Part shown: one piece after another, positions 21,513 through 26,790 of the stretch
Layout of the letters: each line of letters starts with the position of its first letter
How positions within the stretch are numbered: the stretch's first letter is position 1
DNA from: an uncultured Bacilli bacterium
GTDB taxonomy: Bacteria > Bacillota_I > Bacilli_A > RF39 > UBA660
Direction of reading: 5' to 3'
Length of the DNA stretch: 26,790 nucleotides
NCBI GenBank assembly: GCA_944350405.1
Contig: CALVPC010000001.1
Span: forward strand, 1 to 26,790
Notes under the pieces: generated by a model
The model's input: the letters and a program-made list of their open reading frames with translations, nothing else
Told to the model about the DNA's origin: nothing
The model's database searches: none
Position numbers and translations under genes: made by a program

Positions 21513-22096
21513 TCAAAAATACATTTTATTACAAAAAAACCTTTAAATTTTTTTATTACCTCAACTCTATAAATTTTACTCAAATCTTTAATAGCACTTT
21601 TTGCCCCTTGATCCTTATTCATAACAAAATATAAACTGCCTCCATTAACAAGGTAATCCTTTGCCCCAAAAAGTATATCATAAACCACTTTTTTACCAGC
21701 TCTAATAGGGGGATTAGTAATAATAAAATCAAATTTTTTTATAATCTTATCATAAGTATCACTTTCATAAACAGAAATATTAGATACATTATTCTTCTTT
21801 ATATTCATTTCAGTCAAATGAATAGCTCTTCTATTAACATCAATCATTTCAACATTAATATTAAAAAAAGAAGATAAAATAATTCCAATCGCACCATAAC
21901 CACATCCAACATCTAGAATGCTACCATGAAGATTTTCCTGTAAAAGTGTCTCGATCAAAACTCTACTACCAAAATCAAGACCTCGTTTAGAAAAAACACC
22001 ATTATCAGTATAAAAGCAAAAACTTCTATCTTTAATTTTAACAGTAGTCTGTTTTAAATTACTTTTCAAATCTTCATTAGTAAAATAGTGATTCAT
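21509..22096 (-). CDS. RsmC-like class I SAM methyltransferase (YbxB ortholog)
   Basis: MNHYF, TDNGVFSKRGLDFGS, LDVGCGYG, ITNPPIRAGK, KDQGAKS. Canonical position between rplL and rpoB. Confidence 0.93.
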   Translation of the reverse strand: MNHYFTNEDLKSNLKQTTVKIKDRSFCFYTDNGVFSKRGLDFGSRVLIETLLQENLHGSILDVGCGYGAIGIILSSFFNINVEMIDVNRRAIHLTEMNIKKNNVSNISVYESDTYDKIIKKFDFIITNPPIRAGKKVVYDILFGAKDYLVNGGSLYFVMNKDQGAKSAIKDLSKIYRVEVIKKFKGFFVIKCIFD

Positions 22097-22118
22097 TTTA
22101 TCTTCCCCTTTATAGCAT

Positions 22119-22148
22119 AAAAAGCCCATCATCATAATGATTGGCTTT
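22119..22148 (-). terminator. Terminator after rplL
   Basis: AAAGCC-c-ATCAT / ATGAT-t-GGCTTT stem with a 4-nt loop, followed by a U-run on the minus strand. Confidence 0.7.
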
Positions 22149-22166
22149 AAATAAACTTAAAATTAA

Positions 22167-22532
22167 TTATTTTAATTCAACTGAAGCTCCAGCTTCTTCA
22201 AGCTTAGCTTTTAATTCATTAGCTTCTTCAGTAGGAATATTTTCCTTTATATTTCCACCATTATCAGCGATTTCTTTAGCTTCTTTTAAACCTAATCCAG
22301 TAACTTCTCTAATAATTTTAATAACATTAATTTTAGCAGCACCAGCACTTGTAAGAACTACTGTTTGTTTGCTTGGTCCAGCTTCTTCTTGTGCTACTGG
22401 AGCAGCAGCGACAGCCACAGCACTTGGATCAACACCAAATTCTTCTTTCATTGCATCAACTAATTCCTTCACTTCTAATAATGTCATTTCTTTTAAAGAG
22501 CTAATAAATTCATCTTTTGTTATTTTTGCCAT
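22167..22532 (-). CDS. rplL: 50S ribosomal protein L7/L12
   Basis: [39 protein letters not shown]. Confidence 0.98.
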   Translation of the reverse strand: MAKITKDEFISSLKEMTLLEVKELVDAMKEEFGVDPSAVAVAAAPVAQEEAGPSKQTVVLTSAGAAKINVIKIIREVTGLGLKEAKEIADNGGNIKENIPTEEANELKAKLEEAGASVELK

Positions 22533-22566
22533 AACAAATTTCCTCCTTTTTCTATTTTATTTTTTT

Positions 22567-23058
22567 TTAATTTTCTTTTTGTTCAGCATATAAATTTAAT
22601 GCTATTGATAAATCTTTAATAATACCAATCATACCACTAGCAAGCATAGTATACAATCCTTCACGAGATGGTATTTTAGCAAACTCAGCTAATTTTGCTT
22701 GATCTGCTATATTGTTTTCGATCAATCCAGCCTTTAGTACTAAAGCATCATTCTTTTTAGCCATATCACTAAGAACTTTTACTGCAGCAATATCATCTTT
22801 ACTAAATGCAATAGCAGTTGGACCAGTTAAATACTCAGCAAAATCAATATTCAAATCTTTAAAAGCAAGTCTAAGCATAGTATTTTTATAGACCTTATAT
22901 TCAGAATCATTTTCTTTAAGCATAACTCTTAAATTTTTAATTTCTTTATCAGTAAGGCCACGATAGTCAAATAATACTACAGATTTAGAAAGAGAAAACT
23001 TATCTTTAATCTCTGAAACTATCTTTTGCTTTTCTTCTAAAACCTTAACACTTGGCAT
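22567..23058 (-). CDS. rplJ: 50S ribosomal protein L10
   Basis: DYRGLT, YKVYKNTM, LTGPTAIAF, IPSREGL. GGAGG RBS. Confidence 0.97.
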   Translation of the reverse strand: MPSVKVLEEKQKIVSEIKDKFSLSKSVVLFDYRGLTDKEIKNLRVMLKENDSEYKVYKNTMLRLAFKDLNIDFAEYLTGPTAIAFSKDDIAAVKVLSDMAKKNDALVLKAGLIENNIADQAKLAEFAKIPSREGLYTMLASGMIGIIKDLSIALNLYAEQKEN

Positions 23059-23088
23059 TACAATACCTCCTTTATAATTTATTTATAA

Positions 23089-23183
23089 GTGCAAAAGATA
23101 AAGAGTCCCATTCCAAAGACTCTCTATATATACTAAGTATAAGTCCTCGGTAGGAATTACACATAACCTACTGTCTTTGGCAC
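23089..23183 (-). ncRNA. L10 leader (rplJL autoregulatory RNA)
   Basis: Minus strand AAAGACAGTAGG..CCTACCGAGG kink-turn-type core. Closing stem GTGCCAAAGA / TCTTTTGCAC (9 of 10 pairs). Downstream hairpin AGAGTC/GACTCT with a U-rich tail. Confidence 0.88.
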
Positions 23184-23194
23184 TTGATATCAAT

Positions 23195-23223
23195 ATTATA
23201 AACTAATTATTATTAAATGTCAA
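23195..23223 (-). promoter_or_regulatory. Perfect-consensus sigma-70 promoter of rplJL
   Basis: TTGACA (23223-23218), 17 bp, TATAAT (23200-23195). The -35 lies in the last rplA codons. Confidence 0.9.
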
Positions 23224-23911
23224 AACTATTTTGTTCAATTTTTACTGCAGGACTCATAGTAGAACAAATACTAATTGATTTTACATATGTTCCTTTAGCA
23301 GTTTGAGGTTTAGCTTTAATAATTGTTTTAACAAAAGCATCTAGATTAGCAAGTAAATCTTCTTCGCTGAAAGACACTTTACCAATTACTCCATGAATAT
23401 TACCATAACTATCAGTACGATATTCTACTTTACCACTTTTAGCATCTAATACAGCTTGTTTAACATTAGTAGTAACAGTTCCAGTTTTAGGATTAGGCAT
23501 TAATCCTTTTGGTCCCAATACTTTACCAAGTTTACCAAGAAGTGGCATCATTTCTGGTGTAGCAATAAGAGTATCAAATTCAAACCAATTTTCTTTTTCA
23601 ATCTTTTCGATCATATCTGAATCACCAACAAAATCTGCACCAGCTTCTCTTGCATCTTTAGCCTGATCACCTTTTGCAATTACTAATACTTTAAGTTCTT
23701 TACCAGTTCCTTTTGGTAAAACAATAGCACCTCTTAATTGTTGATCAGCCTTTTTAACATTTAAATTTAAATTCATTGCGATTTCCACAGTAGCATCAAA
23801 TTTAGTACTAGATAGTTCTTTAATTAACTTAACTGCTTCTTCTTTTGAATAAAGCTTGCCTTTTTCTATCTTAGAAACATTATCTTTATAATTTTTTCCT
23901 CTAAATTTCAT
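23213..23911 (-). CDS. rplA: 50S ribosomal protein L1
   Basis: [42 protein letters not shown]. Confidence 0.98.
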   Translation of the reverse strand: MKFRGKNYKDNVSKIEKGKLYSKEEAVKLIKELSSTKFDATVEIAMNLNLNVKKADQQLRGAIVLPKGTGKELKVLVIAKGDQAKDAREAGADFVGDSDMIEKIEKENWFEFDTLIATPEMMPLLGKLGKVLGPKGLMPNPKTGTVTTNVKQAVLDAKSGKVEYRTDSYGNIHGVIGKVSFSEEDLLANLDAFVKTIIKAKPQTAKGTYVKSISICSTMSPAVKIEQNSFDI

Positions 23912-23925
23912 ATTCTTTCCTCCTT

Positions 23926-23961
23926 ATGTGGTTATGCGGATATTTTTTATACCTCCCACAT
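23926..23961 (-). ncRNA. L1-binding leader preceding rplA
   Basis: Minus strand ATGTGG-GAGG..AA-CCACAT stem with internal loop, abutting the AAGGAGG RBS of rplA. Confidence 0.75.
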
Positions 23962-23990
23962 AGGTACAACCTATGTAAAATTAATTATAA

Positions 23991-24416
23991 TTATTCAACT
24001 ATTTCTACGCCCATGTTTTTAGCAGTACCACGAACAATTTCCATAGCTTCTTCTATATTGTATGCATTTAAATCAGGTAATTTAATTTTTGCTATTTCTC
24101 TAAGTTGATCCTTTGTTAACTTACCAACTACTTCTTTAGATCCTTTACTTGAACCTTTTTTTACATTAGCATATTTTTTAACTAAAAATGCAGCTGGTGG
24201 AGTTTTTATTACAAAATCGAAAGAACGATCTTCATAAATCGAAATTTCAACTGGAAGAACACTACCCATTTTATCTCTAGTAGCATCATTATATTTTGTA
24301 CAAAATTCTCCTAAATTAATACCAGCAGGACCCAATACTGTACCAACTGGTGGTGCTGGAGTAGCCTTACCTGCTTCAATTTGTAACTTAATTACTTTAA
24401 CAACTTCCTTATTCAC
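23991..24416 (-). CDS. rplK: 50S ribosomal protein L11
   Basis: KLQIEAGKATPAPPVGTVLGPAGIN, FVIKTPPA, GTAKNMGV. Start placed at GTG 24416 (VNKEVVK). Confidence 0.98.
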   Translation of the reverse strand: MNKEVVKVIKLQIEAGKATPAPPVGTVLGPAGINLGEFCTKYNDATRDKMGSVLPVEISIYEDRSFDFVIKTPPAAFLVKKYANVKKGSSKGSKEVVGKLTKDQLREIAKIKLPDLNAYNIEEAMEIVRGTAKNMGVEIVE

Positions 24417-24457
24417 GAAAAACACACTCCTTTATATTTTTATTTTAATTCTTCGCG

Positions 24458-24501
24458 AGTGGTAATAACAGCATATCCGCTCTTCTGCTTTGCCTCCCAC
24501 T
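24458..24501 (-). ncRNA. L1-binding leader preceding rplK
   Basis: Minus strand AGTGG-GAGG..AGCA..TGCT..TA-CCACT, the same architecture as the element before rplA. Confidence 0.75.
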
Positions 24502-24547
24502 AAATCTATATACCCATATTTAAACTAAATATAAGTAAACGTATTAA

Positions 24548-24576
24548 ATAATAACATCTTTTCTCAAAAATATCAA
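24548..24576 (-). promoter_or_regulatory. rplKA promoter
   Basis: TTGATA (24576-24571), 17 bp, TATTAT (24553-24548), with an extended -10 TG. Confidence 0.7.
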
Positions 24577-24579
24577 GTA

Positions 24580-25113
24580 CTAAGCCTTCTCTATTTGAGA
24601 AATTTCCAGTTCAACATCTGTTTCTTGTCCAAATAAGTCAAGAAGTACTACAAGTTGTTGTGTATCAAGATTAACTTCTGCAACTTTTCCTTCCATACCA
24701 GCAAATGGTCCAGAAGTAATTTTAACAACTTCACCTTCTTTAAGATCAGTAGAAACCTCAAGTCTACTCATACCCATATTATTAAGTATTTTATCAACTT
24801 CATATGGTTGTAAAGGCGTAGGCTTTGCTCCTTTACCACTAGATCCAATAAATCCAGTAACCCCAGGAGTATTACGCACAACAAACCATGCTTCATCTGT
24901 CATAATCATTTCAACTAAAACATAACCTGGAAATAATTTTCTAACCTTTTCTTTTGTAACACCATCTTTTACTTCTACTTCTGTTTGCTCTGGTACAATA
25001 ACTCTAAAAATATAATCTTCCATATTCATTGAAGCAGCACGCATCAAAAGCTTTTCTTGAACTTTCTTTTCATGCCCAGAATATGTATTAACAACATACC
25101 ATTTCTTATCCAT
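24580..25113 (-). CDS. nusG: Transcription elongation factor NusG
   Basis: WYVVNTYSGHE, LFPGYVLVEM, VRNTPGVTGFIG, and the KOW motif GPFAGMEG. Confidence 0.98.
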   Translation of the reverse strand: MDKKWYVVNTYSGHEKKVQEKLLMRAASMNMEDYIFRVIVPEQTEVEVKDGVTKEKVRKLFPGYVLVEMIMTDEAWFVVRNTPGVTGFIGSSGKGAKPTPLQPYEVDKILNNMGMSRLEVSTDLKEGEVVKITSGPFAGMEGKVAEVNLDTQQLVVLLDLFGQETDVELEISQIEKA

Positions 25114-25277
25114 TATCTTAACCCCTTAATAAGCGCAAACACAACAGTAATTAAATAAAAATATACAGAACACACGATTACAGTAAAAAACGTTGCAATA
25201 GAATATTTAATCATATACTTCTTATCAGGCCATTTTGTCTTTTTTAGTTCACTCTTAACTTCTTTAAAAAATTTCAT
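25113..25277 (-). CDS. secE: Preprotein translocase subunit SecE (54 aa, below the ORF-track cutoff)
   Basis: Manual translation MKFFKEVKSELKKTKWPDKKYMIKYSIATFFTVIVCSVYFYLITVVFALIKGLR*: ELKKxxWP motif plus one TM helix. GAGGTG RBS. TAATG overlap with nusG. Confidence 0.95.
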   Translation of the reverse strand: MKFFKEVKSELKKTKWPDKKYMIKYSIATFFTVIVCSVYFYLITVVFALIKGLR

Positions 25278-25310
25278 AACTCACCTCTAAAGTTTATGCT
25301 TTTTATTTCA

Positions 25311-25360
25311 AAATAAAAACACTTTCGTGCCTACAAGTAGAGAATAGCACACAAAAGTGT
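25311..25360 (-). terminator. Probable murT-gatD terminator overlapping the secE promoter
   Basis: Minus strand ACACTTTT..GTGC / GCAC-GAAAGTGT stem followed by TTTTATTT. Confidence 0.5.
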
Positions 25361-25369
25361 AAAAGTCAA
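25341..25369 (-). promoter_or_regulatory. secE-nusG promoter
   Basis: TTGACT (25369-25364), 17 bp, TATTCT (25346-25341), with an extended -10 TG. Confidence 0.7.
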
Positions 25370-25385
25370 GAAAATACTTTAATTT

Positions 25386-26108
25386 TTAACCATGATCACT
25401 CATAATAACTCTAGCATTATCATCTAAAAGTTCATTAAGCCTATGCTTATAAGCAGCCATAATGTCTTTCTCATAACAAAGTTTGCCAGTATAACCCATC
25501 TTTTTAAGCAATAATTTTGTAAATTTAGGATTCAGTATCAAAAGCGGACCAATTAAGTAAGTAGCATAAAAGTTTTTATAATTAATACCCTCTACAGTAT
25601 TATTATTTCCCATTCCAAGACCTTTAATAATCTTTATAAAAGGTTTAGTATCATCACCATACATTGTAGAAAAAGTACTAACACTACCAACCATTTTTAT
25701 ATTTTTATAATCTCCTAAAAAGAAATAATTTTTCCTTTTTAAAAGACTCCTCTCAAAATAAACATCAAAAAGTCCTAAACCTTCAATTTTTTTATTAGTA
25801 TCAACATCTAAAATATATTTACCTATAATTTCAATAGCATCACTAGTCACTAAAAAAATTTTTCCCTTTTCAATAAAATCCATAATTTGTTTTTTATAAG
25901 GTTTCAAATTATCAATTATAAGCTCTTGATGTACATGACTCATTGCTCCTAAATAAATCATATCTATTTTGCCATTAATAAATTTAGGTTTTTCATTAAT
26001 ATCAGTATAATAAACTTTAATATCATCACTACATCTAGACAAATATTTAATATTGTATGGATCACCATAAAAATTACAAAACTTAGGATACAAAACTTCA
26101 ATTTTCAT
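25386..26108 (-). CDS. GatD/CobQ-like class I glutamine amidotransferase-fold protein with substituted catalytic residues
   Basis: Colinear with GatD motifs: NFYGDPYNI, IYLGAMS..Q, EGLGLFD, GxGNN..EGINYKN..TYLIGPLL..NP. Coupled to the murT-like gene. Confidence 0.88.
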   Translation of the reverse strand: MKIEVLYPKFCNFYGDPYNIKYLSRCSDDIKVYYTDINEKPKFINGKIDMIYLGAMSHVHQELIIDNLKPYKKQIMDFIEKGKIFLVTSDAIEIIGKYILDVDTNKKIEGLGLFDVYFERSLLKRKNYFFLGDYKNIKMVGSVSTFSTMYGDDTKPFIKIIKGLGMGNNNTVEGINYKNFYATYLIGPLLILNPKFTKLLLKKMGYTGKLCYEKDIMAAYKHRLNELLDDNARVIMSDHG

Positions 26109-26790
26109 TATTATCGCCTCCTAATTCTATAATTCTATCATAAAATTGTTTTCTAATTTTCATAGCCTTACTAACAGCTTCCACCTCATAAAGAAAATAT
26201 ATTTTTTTAATACCTTTAATTTTTACATACTTATAAAGCTCATAATCATCGTCAGTGCAAATATATTTATCATCTGGAAATCCACCCAGTTTTAAACGCA
26301 ATTTATAATCCAAATTTCTAGGCCCACCAATAAGTATCTGCTTTATATTATCCTTATTTAAAAACTCAAAATCAGTTTCATAAAACCAAGTAATAGTTTC
26401 CATTTCTCCACCTTCAGCAGTTAAATACATTTCATTCATCAAAAATACTAGAACAATATCATCTTCATCCTTAGCAATTTGTTCAAAAACTGTAGAACAT
26501 GCAGAAACATTTTGACCTTTAGCCATTTGAGCAATAAGTTCAATTCCATTAACAGTAATACTACTTTCACGAGATTTAGGTATCTTTAACTGCTTAAATC
26601 CCAAAGCTATTTCTTCATCAGTAAATCCTACTTCTTTAAAAAAAGTAATAACAGCAATTTGATTATAAATATTAAAAATACTAGAAGAAATAAGTGGATA
26701 ATTATATATATTACTATTATGTTTAACTGCTAAAGTCTTATCTTTAGAATTATGACCAACAACTAAATAATCTGCATCATATGATTTTAA
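26098..26790 (-). CDS. MurT-like Mur ligase with C-terminal DUF1727 domain (5' part outside the window)
   Basis: The frame is open from 26790 (LKSYDADYL..FNIYNQIA..). DUF1727-like KGQN..TWFYETDFEFL..LRLKLGG. The stop overlaps the gatD start. Confidence 0.88.
   Translation of the reverse strand, partial: LKSYDADYLVVGHNSKDKTLAVKHNSNIYNYPLISSSIFNIYNQIAVITFFKEVGFTDEEIALGFKQLKIPKSRESSITVNGIELIAQMAKGQNVSACSTVFEQIAKDEDDIVLVFLMNEMYLTAEGGEMETITWFYETDFEFLNKDNIKQILIGGPRNLDYKLRLKLGGFPDDKYICTDDDYELYKYVKIKGIKKIYFLYEVEAVSKAMKIRKQFYDRIIELGGDNNEN

Noticed and set aside
22141-22593. 150-aa plus-strand ORF antisense to rplL
   Set aside because: It is a shadow of rplL codon bias with no independent signals.
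25278-25385. Expected rpmG or tRNA-Trp upstream of secE
   Set aside because: No such ORF or cloverleaf is present. The space is filled by a terminator-like stem and the secE promoter.

Overview
Very AT-rich window from a walled, low-GC Bacillota genome. It is most compatible with an uncultured Bacilli lineage such as RF39 (inference from gene content and style, not a database result). TGA is used as stop, peptidoglycan genes are present and RpoB keeps His526, so it is not a mycoplasma-type Mollicute. The right half is the core secE-nusG-rplK-rplA-rplJ-rplL-rsmC-rpoB-rpoC cluster, with an L10 leader, two L1-binding leaders and several near-consensus sigma-70 promoters. The left half is housekeeping and accessory genes: eno, gap, clpP, whiA, yvcK, a FemAB-family transferase, a Na/Ca antiporter, HAD hydrolase, lipid kinase and a TGS/ThrRS-N nucleoside kinase. 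Most unusual items: (1) a stand-alone RpoD-like sigma factor with a C-terminal extension carrying a second, re-specified sigma-4-like HTH; (2) a MurT/GatD pair in which the glutaminase Cys and His, and the MurT Asp, appear replaced; (3) an ORF6N + PLD-like gene occupying the rapZ position ahead of yvcK-whiA; (4) a doubly frameshifted DUF6273-like pseudogene. No rRNA, tRNA, CRISPR array or transposase was seen.
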